IMG/VR virus record: IMGVR_UViG_3300030329_003775
Direction: 5' to 3' (one strand)
DNA from: an uncultured virus (IMG/VR IMGVR_UViG_3300030329_003775)
Lineage: Duplodnaviria > Heunggongvirae > Uroviricota > Caudoviricetes
Length of the DNA stretch: 64,000 nt
Positions 56,102 to 64,000 of the stretch are shown here, piece by piece (the stretch's first letter is position 1; each line of letters begins with the position of its first letter). The position numbers and the translations under genes were made by a program. Below the pieces are notes generated by a model. That model ran no database searches, was not told the DNA's origin, and saw only the letters and a program-made list of their open reading frames with translations.

Positions 56102-57605
56102 TGCGCTCACAGAAGCCTTCGGGGATGCGGGGTTTGACACCCCGCCAGAGTCTCCGTCTCAGTCTACAGATAGTAACTGGCATCCCGACCTGAATCCGAC
56201 GCAAAAAACAATCTTCGAGGATACTTCAAAGTTTATTCTGGCTTACGGAGAGAAGGGGTCAGGGAAGACTCTTGGGCTGCTGTTCAAGCTTGTTCGCCAT
56301 TGTTACGAGAACCAGAACGCACTCGCAATTGTTGTGTCCCCATCAATACGTACCGGAAAAGAGGGGGTTCTTCATGATCTTGAAACCATTGTCCTGCCCC
56401 AGTGGGGGGAGGGCATCGGGCTGGAGTACACGCAGTCCAAGCTTGACCCCAACACAAAGGACCGGCACCTCTGGATTGGCAATAGATACAACGGGTGGTC
56501 CAAGGTTCTCTTGATTTCCATCCCTTATGCTGACGCCGTGGAGCCACGGATAAAAGGCATGAGCCCATCCTTCCTCTACGTTGACGAGCTGACCAACTGC
56601 CATGGCCGTGAGTACTTCCTTTACCCTGCGGCCCAGTTGAATCGTCGTCCAAACATAGAAGGCCCCCAGCAGTACACGGCCAGCTGCAACCCGGAGGGCC
56701 CATCTCACTGGGTCTACCGGACGTTCTTTGAGGAATGCGTTGACGAGGAGTCAGGCGAGAGGGACAAGGACTACAGCGTCTATCATGTACCCATCAAGGA
56801 GAACGTCCATCGGCTTCCGGAAACTTACGTTCAGTCACTCCGCCAGATACTCAGGAATGATCCTGTAGAGCGGCGGCGTCTCCTTGAGGGGGAATGGGTT
56901 GACCGGCCAAGCGGGGAGGCTCTCTTTCGTGAGTACTTTTCGCCCGAGCTCCATGTGCGTGGAGACGCTATCTCAGGCCGTGGCCTCATCCCGAAAGCCG
57001 GTCACCCAATAATAGTAGGTTACGACTTAGGGCAGGTCTTTTCCAGCGTTACTTTCCTCCAGTGCCTGCCGACCTCGGACGGGGTCAAGTGGATTGTCTT
57101 CGATGAAGTGGACCACCTAGGCGAAAAGATCCTGTACAAGAACCTAGTCAGGGAGATCACCAGCAGGATGGACTACTGGAATAGGCGCTGCGAGAGCGAC
57201 TTCCATTTTCAGCACATATCGGATGATTCAGCCATTAACCAGTGGCATCCCGGCGGCGACGGCAGCTACGACGCATGGGACGTGGAGCGATACAGTGACG
57301 GCAGAATAAAATTAATAGGCTGCCCGAAAGGCAAGGGCTCTGTTGAGGCGAGAGTCAGGCTGCTGAGCAACAAATTATTCCAAGACGAATTATACGTTTC
57401 CGCAACCTGCAGGAATACAGTCGAAATGCTACACCAGCTAAGCGGAGACAGGGCCAACCCCACAAAGCCCAAGCGTTCTAGGTACATTCACAAGTTTGAT
57501 AGCACCACTTACCCAATGTTTAAGCTAGAGCTGGCTGGCAAAAATTCCTTGCCTGTCAGGAATATTCAGCCACATTTGATAAAGTGTGGGGCCGGTATCT
57601 CGTGA
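56079..57605 (+). CDS. terL: Terminase large subunit
   Basis: Walker A GEKGSGKT, Walker B LYVDE, motif III ASCNP, nuclease GYDLG, C-terminal HKFDS. Confidence 0.92.
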   Translation: MDKATQINALTEAFGDAGFDTPPESPSQSTDSNWHPDLNPTQKTIFEDTSKFILAYGEKGSGKTLGLLFKLVRHCYENQNALAIVVSPSIRTGKEGVLHDLETIVLPQWGEGIGLEYTQSKLDPNTKDRHLWIGNRYNGWSKVLLISIPYADAVEPRIKGMSPSFLYVDELTNCHGREYFLYPAAQLNRRPNIEGPQQYTASCNPEGPSHWVYRTFFEECVDEESGERDKDYSVYHVPIKENVHRLPETYVQSLRQILRNDPVERRRLLEGEWVDRPSGEALFREYFSPELHVRGDAISGRGLIPKAGHPIIVGYDLGQVFSSVTFLQCLPTSDGVKWIVFDEVDHLGEKILYKNLVREITSRMDYWNRRCESDFHFQHISDDSAINQWHPGGDGSYDAWDVERYSDGRIKLIGCPKGKGSVEARVRLLSNKLFQDELYVSATCRNTVEMLHQLSGDRANPTKPKRSRYIHKFDSTTYPMFKLELAGKNSLPVRNIQPHLIKCGAGIS

Positions 57606-57628
57606 TACCATAAAATTAATGTAATAAT

Positions 57629-57901
57629 ATGCCAGCGTACAAAGACAAACTCGTATTAGACATCTCCGATGATGAGGTGATGAAGGATTATTTAGGCAGC
57701 AAGTCTGTCGGTGACGAGTGCAGCTTCACTGTGTCGGCCAGCCTCGATGAAACCACAGAGGATCAGGCCGTATTCAGCATCATGAATGTCACAGTGAACT
57801 CTTACGATGAAGAGGAAGAAGTCATGGAAGAGGACTACTCCTCTGAGGAGGGAGCTCCTCCTGTGATGCTCATTGGACTCTCAAAGAAGGATAAAGCCTG
57901 A
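57629..57901 (+). CDS. Small acidic protein
   Basis: ORF in the head module. Confidence 0.6.
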   Translation: MPAYKDKLVLDISDDEVMKDYLGSKSVGDECSFTVSASLDETTEDQAVFSIMNVTVNSYDEEEEVMEEDYSSEEGAPPVMLIGLSKKDKA

Positions 57902-57936
57902 GACAACACAAGCTAGAGACCGGCAGCTCCCTCCGG

Positions 57937-58185
57937 GTGAAGATGTATTATGAGAAGCGGGGCATACCGGGGGAGTGGGACTCGGAAAGAGTGCAAAGAC
58001 TATGCAAGTTCTTGAAGTTATCTGAGTACGAATTAGCAACCATGTTCTGCATAGAGTACAAGCTAATGAGAACTTGGATGAGGGCCGACAGGTTCCCTCC
58101 CTACGTTGCACTTCACTTTTCGTTGCTAGAGAACTGGCTTGCTCACGAAAGCATATCCGATCAGGAACCAGTTGTGCCCCTCTAG
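57937..58185 (+). CDS. Small HTH-like protein
   Basis: LSEYELATMFCI...RTW. Confidence 0.5.
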   Translation: MKMYYEKRGIPGEWDSERVQRLCKFLKLSEYELATMFCIEYKLMRTWMRADRFPPYVALHFSLLENWLAHESISDQEPVVPL

Positions 58186-58224
58186 TGAGCGGCAAAAATA
58201 TTTGCTAATCAGAATACGCCAAAA

Positions 58225-60495
58225 ATGATCGACTACGAAATTCTCAAGGAGGCAGGCACTACTAACGAGCGCTTGCGGGAGCTTCTTACCAACCAAGACC
58301 CATCCAGTGATGATGGCAAGATGAGGATGAAGATCGAGGACCTTATAGGTTCTAGGGTCACCGAGCACATCACCTTCGCCCTCAAGAACCACCACCTGTA
58401 TAGCTCTGTCGATCTCGCTTGGGACTCAAGCCCCATCAACAAGTCCACCATCCCATTGATTCTTTATGCGCAGAAGCGCATCGATATTAACTCATGCCTT
58501 GAGGACCTTGATAAGAACAAGTCTATCAAGAAGTATGTAAAGCGAGATGACACTGGTAAAGTCACAGACATAGACCTACCCAAGTTCTTTGAAGTCAACG
58601 TCAACATGGTTCGCTCATTTGTGACACGCCGCCTTGCGGCCCAGGTCAACAAGTACAACAACCTTTACCCTTTCTTTAAGTACGACAGCCGCACAACCGG
58701 ACAGGTTGGGAAGCTGCGTGCGGACGCCTTGAGTCAGCGCATGGACATCATGGCTGACCAGTACGACTACCGACACTTCCAGACCCAAGCCATGCGGGAC
58801 ATGTTCCTGTATGGACATAGTGTCGCGTTCCCGAGGGCATCATGGGAGAGGGAGATCCATTGGGAGAAGGACCCCGTCGCTGAAGAGTTCAAGGTAGGAG
58901 GCAGATGGACAGGGAAGATTCCCAAGAGGTCCAAGGTAACGAAGGAGGGCGTTGGCTGGGTGCTGCCCCACCCATCGCGGGTCTTCTGGGACAATGCCTA
59001 CCCACTAACCAGCATTAACACGGACTCTGGCGCGGAATACATTGGGTTTTGGGACGTGAAGCGCTACGGAGATATCGCAGACAACCCTGACTTCTTTAAC
59101 CGTGATGAAGTGGGCTACGGCGCTGGCTCCAGCAATACCTTTGCTGCATTCAGCAACTACTTCAGTCAGTACTACACCAAGGTCTCGCCTCCTACTACTT
59201 TCAATGATCTTTCAGGGCACAACGAAAGGCTGACCAATACCGGCAAGTACTCTGGCCAGATGCGTGACGCCTCTGTTTTTGTTGGCGAGTACTACGCCAA
59301 GCTGGTCCCGAAGGACTACAACATAGGAACATACCCGCACCCCATATGGGTACACTTCAAGCTGGCCGGTGACTCCACTGTGATCTTTGCTGAGATCATG
59401 CCAAGCACCCCGGCTGCAGTGTTCTCCTTCAACGAGAATGACTCACGGCTGGCGAATCTCTCCATAGCTCATGAGATGATGCCGTATCAGGATCAGCTCA
59501 CCAACCTGTTCTCCCAGATGCTCGAGACCACAAAGGCCGACCTGTTCTCGGTGGCCGTGGTCAACTCAGACATCTTTCCGGACACCGACGAGGGGCGAAA
59601 GGTCCTTGATGATTTTCGGAAAACCATGAGCGGGGAGAACTTCTATGCCACCACGAATGTCCTTGAAGCCAGCTTCCAGAAACTCAGGGACATAGGCATC
59701 GACACCAAGGCGGACAACATTTTCAAGGTGGTTAGAAGCTCACCAAGCACGTCCATCACCACGGTCTTTCAAGCTATTAACAACCTGATTGGCATGGCGG
59801 AAAGGCTCATGGCCTTGTCCCCGCAGGAGCAAGGGCAACCGGCCCCAAGGGAAACCTCAGCAACTGAGGTGGCCATCATCAATCAAACCACGGAGTCCGT
59901 TTACAATTTTATTTCCGAGTCCATCGATGAGGGCAGGGGGGCCATGAAGCGTATCTGCTATGAGTCTCTTATATCTCTAGGCTCCAAGGAAGTTTATCTC
60001 CCAGTCGTCAATCGATACACCACGGACATCATTGAAAGGGCGGGCTTCAGGTTTGTGCCAGACGAGGACGAGGCCATGAACAGCATCGGCAGTCGCCGCA
60101 CAATCGTAGGCACTGTATCCAACCTGATGCATGACTATGTGTTTAGTAGCCGTGACGGCGCTGAGAGAACCATTAACTCGCAGTCCGCACAGACCTTGGT
60201 GCAGCTGCTTGGCATCTTGATGCAGCCAGCATTCCTTCCCTCCATTGAGAAAGCAAAGCTTTACGAGATCATCAACGAAGTGTTCAGGCTCTCCGGGGCC
60301 ACAGACCTCAAGCTGACAGTGAGCCCCGGAGAGGAAGGGGCCTCGGCATCCACAGATCCCGAGACGCAGAAGATGTTATCCACCCTGGCCCAGGCTATTC
60401 AGGAAAACTCCGCCGCTATTGAGCAGTTAGGAGGGGCAGCACAGCCGCCACAACCACAACCACAACCACAACCACAACCCACAATACAAGTATGA
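58225..60495 (+). CDS. Portal protein (podoviral type)
   Basis: 756 aa between terL and the scaffold; TSATEV motif; PQ-repeat tail. Confidence 0.75.
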   Translation: MIDYEILKEAGTTNERLRELLTNQDPSSDDGKMRMKIEDLIGSRVTEHITFALKNHHLYSSVDLAWDSSPINKSTIPLILYAQKRIDINSCLEDLDKNKSIKKYVKRDDTGKVTDIDLPKFFEVNVNMVRSFVTRRLAAQVNKYNNLYPFFKYDSRTTGQVGKLRADALSQRMDIMADQYDYRHFQTQAMRDMFLYGHSVAFPRASWEREIHWEKDPVAEEFKVGGRWTGKIPKRSKVTKEGVGWVLPHPSRVFWDNAYPLTSINTDSGAEYIGFWDVKRYGDIADNPDFFNRDEVGYGAGSSNTFAAFSNYFSQYYTKVSPPTTFNDLSGHNERLTNTGKYSGQMRDASVFVGEYYAKLVPKDYNIGTYPHPIWVHFKLAGDSTVIFAEIMPSTPAAVFSFNENDSRLANLSIAHEMMPYQDQLTNLFSQMLETTKADLFSVAVVNSDIFPDTDEGRKVLDDFRKTMSGENFYATTNVLEASFQKLRDIGIDTKADNIFKVVRSSPSTSITTVFQAINNLIGMAERLMALSPQEQGQPAPRETSATEVAIINQTTESVYNFISESIDEGRGAMKRICYESLISLGSKEVYLPVVNRYTTDIIERAGFRFVPDEDEAMNSIGSRRTIVGTVSNLMHDYVFSSRDGAERTINSQSAQTLVQLLGILMQPAFLPSIEKAKLYEIINEVFRLSGATDLKLTVSPGEEGASASTDPETQKMLSTLAQAIQENSAAIEQLGGAAQPPQPQPQPQPQPTIQV

Positions 60496-61961
60496 GCGAA
60501 GAACAGGCCTCTCAAGAGGCAGTAGCTGAGACAATCCCGCAACAACAGCAAGAACCCGTTCAGGTAGTTCAAACACGGGAGGCTTCGCCGCCCGAAATTC
60601 CATCCGACGACCCCATTGAGGATGAGAGCGGACTGCAGGATATGATGGTGAAGCGACTCTATGAGGACATGGGTGTCCTTGTTAAAGATGAGGAAGCTCC
60701 AGTTGCCTCACCTCAACCAGAAGAGAAGGCTGAGGTGACGGAAGAGCCAGAAGCCGAAGAGACAGAGAAGGAGGAGGCCGCTGCAGAGGAGGTGCCGAAA
60801 GCGAAGAGGCGCACTGTTGTAAAAGAGAGGGACACCGCTCAGGAGCTCATTGAAAGCTTGTCCGAGGTTCTTGCTGAGAAGAAAAAAACTGAAGAGCTTC
60901 CTGTTCCTCCAGACCCTGAGCCAGTTGACGATGAGGCTGGCCTTATGGATGAGCAGCGCTTGGAGCTAGAGCTCGCGAGCTACGCGGAGCAAAAGATGCC
61001 AGACAAGTACAGTGGCATGCGCGGCAAGATGCTCTCCTTCTACAAAGAACTTGATGAGTGGGTGGGCAATAAGCAAGCAGAGGACCCTGAGTTTAACGCC
61101 GAAAATAACTTCGAGGAAATCAATGAATGGGTGGAGGCCAAGAAGCCAGCCTTAAGCAAGGTTGACGAGAAGAAGCTGGAGAGGCAGCTGATACGTGAGC
61201 AGGCCATCGCTGAATTCAAGAGCGAAAGCGAATCCAAGTTCAGGGATCTTGAGCTCAAGACCAAGGCCATCGAGGCCAAGCCAAAGATCGAGAAGGACAT
61301 GGCCGCATTTACTAGCTCAATACTCTCCATGGAGGGCTTTGATGCTGCTGAATTGCTCAAGGAAGGGAAGACTAAGGAGGCCATGGAGAAGCACCCCATG
61401 CAGGCACAGGTTGCCTCTCAAGTCTTGGGTCAGGTTGAGGAAGTCTATCGGGACTACTTGGCATACGACAATGGCTTGGAGGAATGGGGAGACAGCAAGG
61501 ACACTCACAGGTGGCTAAACAGATTCCTCACGGAGCAAGGGGACTTTCTCTACAGAAGCGGGGGAGACAACTCTGTCAGGGGAGGCAAGGAGTTTCTTCC
61601 GGTCACAGAGTTCAACAAGAGATACCAGTCAGACCCCGCCAAGACGGACTCTAGGTACTGGACCTTTGATCGCCACGACGTCAGGGAACTGCTGGCAGTT
61701 GCTGCCCAACAGCAAATAAAAACTTCGATTAAAGGGATGGAAGACCAGATAGAGCAGTACGGATATTCTAGGCAGCCAGCTCAGTCCGAAGATAAGCGGA
61801 CTAGGGCCGAAGATCCAGAGCCCGTTAAGGCTCCGAAGTCCACAGTGACCCCATCACCCGGCTCCGCCGAAAGCCAAGGAGGCGACACCCCCAACAGCGC
61901 CGGGGCGGACATTGTTAGCACTCTGGGGCTGAGGGATAAATTCCCAGATTTCTTGGAATAG
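60492..61961 (+). CDS. Capsid scaffolding protein
   Basis: Glu/Pro-rich acidic coiled coil preceding the capsid gene. Confidence 0.65.
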   Translation: MSEEQASQEAVAETIPQQQQEPVQVVQTREASPPEIPSDDPIEDESGLQDMMVKRLYEDMGVLVKDEEAPVASPQPEEKAEVTEEPEAEETEKEEAAAEEVPKAKRRTVVKERDTAQELIESLSEVLAEKKKTEELPVPPDPEPVDDEAGLMDEQRLELELASYAEQKMPDKYSGMRGKMLSFYKELDEWVGNKQAEDPEFNAENNFEEINEWVEAKKPALSKVDEKKLERQLIREQAIAEFKSESESKFRDLELKTKAIEAKPKIEKDMAAFTSSILSMEGFDAAELLKEGKTKEAMEKHPMQAQVASQVLGQVEEVYRDYLAYDNGLEEWGDSKDTHRWLNRFLTEQGDFLYRSGGDNSVRGGKEFLPVTEFNKRYQSDPAKTDSRYWTFDRHDVRELLAVAAQQQIKTSIKGMEDQIEQYGYSRQPAQSEDKRTRAEDPEPVKAPKSTVTPSPGSAESQGGDTPNSAGADIVSTLGLRDKFPDFLE

Positions 61962-62037
61962 ATTTTGCCGTGGCATTGCGGTGGCGGTAAATCAACTTTT
62001 AGCTGCGACATGCATGTATACCCTTATATTGGGGTAT

Positions 62038-63699
62038 ATGGCAACTACGTTTCCTACTAACAACTGTGATCCGCGACTGATTGTTGTGGACGATTCAACT
62101 GGCTGCACGCTCACCCGTGCAAATATCAAGGCTTTCACTCGCCAAGACTTCGAGGACCAAGGGTTCAAGGAGGTTGGGATGGATCGCATTATCGCGCAGA
62201 CTAAAGAGGCTCGCCTCGCTGGTGTGCGGGAGCGGACCCTGACTGATCTTCTTCTCTCTCGTCACGTTGCTCTTCGCGAGACTGCGGGCGGCGGAAGCAA
62301 GTCGATCATTGCCCCGTACACGCTGGTTCCCCGGCGGAACGTGGTGAATGCGAGCTACTTCCTTATTGAGGCTGGCGCTGCCAACTCGAACGCTGGCTCT
62401 GGAACCAACCATGCTGGCCTGCGGGACATCACCGTGAATACCGGCGTGTCCACGTTCAAGTCAGCCCTGAAGTCTCTGGAAAAATACTTCCTGCCCGGAG
62501 GTATGCTTCTTGTCGAGAATGTGGACGGCAGCGGAAACGCTCAAACGGTCCAGTTCAAGATCATCTCTGCCGCCAATGCGAACGCGGGCGGCGTGGAGAA
62601 GGCGACTGTGGTTATCGAGCCGAATGTCACCAGCGCCACATGGAGTGGCTACAGTGCGGCCCAAAAGGCCGTCTTTGAGCCCACTGGCGGCACGGTGATG
62701 CTGATGGCCAACAGTGTGTCGGACTATGAGTCCCATTGCCAACAGCCGCCAGCGGTGAATGACCTCACCCTGCTTGAGTACTGGCAGCAAACGACTCGCT
62801 GGACACACCAGTTCAATGACGAATACTTGAAGGCTCTGGAGGCTCCGCTTACCAGCAACTTCTTCAAGAAGTTCCGCCAGCTTCCGCTCGCGCAACAGCG
62901 CAAGCAGCAGGAAATGCTGATGGAGCAGCAGTTCTACAACACTGTCTTCTACGGTCAGGAGATCAATGAGAACCAGACCGTTGAGGGTTACGCCACTCTG
63001 CCGCAGGTCATGGACCCGGCCAATACGTCCTGTGCCCTTGAGTTCAAGGCTAACACGCTCGGCATTCGCACCCAGCTCGCTCGATGCGGCAAGGTCAGCG
63101 ACAAGGCCGGAGCAGCCCTGAACATGGACACAATCATGGAGACCTGCTACTTGCTGAAGCGCTACCGCGAAACCACGAGTGGCACAGTTGATGTGATCGA
63201 CTGCATGACAGACCGCTTCACGGCGGCCAAGATCCGCGACCTGATGAACCGCTACTACGCGGCCAAGTACAACACGAACAGCATGTTGTACGTTCAGCCC
63301 GGTCAGAAGATCACTTACAACGGCGCAACCGTCCTCGAGTACAACGTCTACGATCTTCCGGATCAGGGCGTGCAGCTCGCGGTCTTTACTGATCCATACT
63401 TCGATGACCGGATTGGTGCATTTGACACCGCCAATAAGTCCCGCTCGCGTGGCTTGTGGTTCATCGACTGGACAGACGTTGCGATCAACGTGATTCGTAC
63501 CAACAGCGCCAAGCGCCAAACAAACACGGCTGACTCACTCTATAACTGCGTGATCACGCCGAATGTGAACCACTACTTGCTGAACTCCAAGACCTTCGAG
63601 GTCCGGGTCGGTGATACAAACCGTCACGCTCTTATTGAGAACTTCTCGGATGCGTGCCCGACGATCACCGCCACAGCATGTGCGGTAACCACGAGCTAA
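62038..63699 (+). CDS. Major capsid protein
   Basis: ~553 aa after the scaffold; followed by hairpins. Confidence 0.75.
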   Translation: MATTFPTNNCDPRLIVVDDSTGCTLTRANIKAFTRQDFEDQGFKEVGMDRIIAQTKEARLAGVRERTLTDLLLSRHVALRETAGGGSKSIIAPYTLVPRRNVVNASYFLIEAGAANSNAGSGTNHAGLRDITVNTGVSTFKSALKSLEKYFLPGGMLLVENVDGSGNAQTVQFKIISAANANAGGVEKATVVIEPNVTSATWSGYSAAQKAVFEPTGGTVMLMANSVSDYESHCQQPPAVNDLTLLEYWQQTTRWTHQFNDEYLKALEAPLTSNFFKKFRQLPLAQQRKQQEMLMEQQFYNTVFYGQEINENQTVEGYATLPQVMDPANTSCALEFKANTLGIRTQLARCGKVSDKAGAALNMDTIMETCYLLKRYRETTSGTVDVIDCMTDRFTAAKIRDLMNRYYAAKYNTNSMLYVQPGQKITYNGATVLEYNVYDLPDQGVQLAVFTDPYFDDRIGAFDTANKSRSRGLWFIDWTDVAINVIRTNSAKRQTNTADSLYNCVITPNVNHYLLNSKTFEVRVGDTNRHALIENFSDACPTITATACAVTTS

Positions 63700-63720
63700 T
63701 CTAGCCTAGTGGGGGTGGAC

Positions 63721-63785
63721 CCCGCAATTCGCCTCGAGTTGCGGGCTTAGGTAAACAGTCGGGGGAGGGGTGAAACCCTCCCCCG
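63721..63785 (+). terminator. Two hairpins after the capsid gene (terminator or mRNA stabiliser)
   Basis: CCCGCAATTCG/CGAGTTGCGGG and CGGGGGAGGG/CCCTCCCCCG. Confidence 0.6.
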
Positions 63786-63802
63786 CTACCATATACAGAC
63801 TT

Positions 63803-64000
63803 ATGGCCACAAAATACTACACTGCAAAAAACTGCAACCGAAAGATTGCAGGCGACAAGCATGAATACCCTTTCGAGCCCTATATGCTGACCGGAGGCGT
63901 CTGGTGGGGGCTGTACTCCACAAGCAATAAGTCAGAGCAAAAGGAACTGACTAAAGTTGGTGGGGTTACTGAGATGACTAAAGAGGAATACGAGGCTGAG
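63803..64000 (+). CDS. Hypothetical head-module protein, 3'-truncated
   Basis: ATG at 63803 (MATKYYTAKNC...), open to the window end. Confidence 0.55.
   Translation, partial: MATKYYTAKNCNRKIAGDKHEYPFEPYMLTGGVWWGLYSTSNKSEQKELTKVGGVTEMTKEEYEAE

Noticed and set aside
62461..63519. 352-aa antisense ORF to the capsid gene (and similar shadow ORFs elsewhere)
   Set aside because: Antisense shadows produced by codon bias; no recognisable motifs.
1..64000. Alternative genetic code / stop-codon reassignment
   Set aside because: Long genes are intact under the standard code and all three stop codons terminate genes.

Overview
The window is a contiguous, almost entirely plus-strand segment of a temperate, podovirus-like dsDNA phage genome. 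It is in free (non-integrated) form and appears circularly permuted, starting inside a tail-fibre gene and ending just after the capsid gene. Gene order: tail and ejection proteins including a 3984-aa giant protein (1-24.8 kb); a lysis cassette with a secreted trypsin-like protease; attP (3' half of tRNA-Val(CAC)) and an integrase; RHH and Xis regulators; replication genes (RusA-like, DnaB, SSB, exonuclease, iteron-bearing initiator, HU-like; 31-38 kb); a divergent control region with boxA; a ~1-1.6 kb highly structured, mostly non-coding region; many small early genes (i-type lysozyme-like, MoxR-AAA/vWA module, a histone-fold protein); a second tyrosine recombinase; and terminase, portal, scaffold and capsid genes. 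Integrase motifs and a captured RpoB-insert-like domain point to a Verrucomicrobia/PVC host (inference). Most notable: the candidate large structured ncRNA, tandem RNA-polymerase-beta-insert-like and GrpE-like domains in the giant ejection protein, and an unannotated 57-aa histone-fold gene. All family assignments are by-eye motif recognition from memory; no searches were run.
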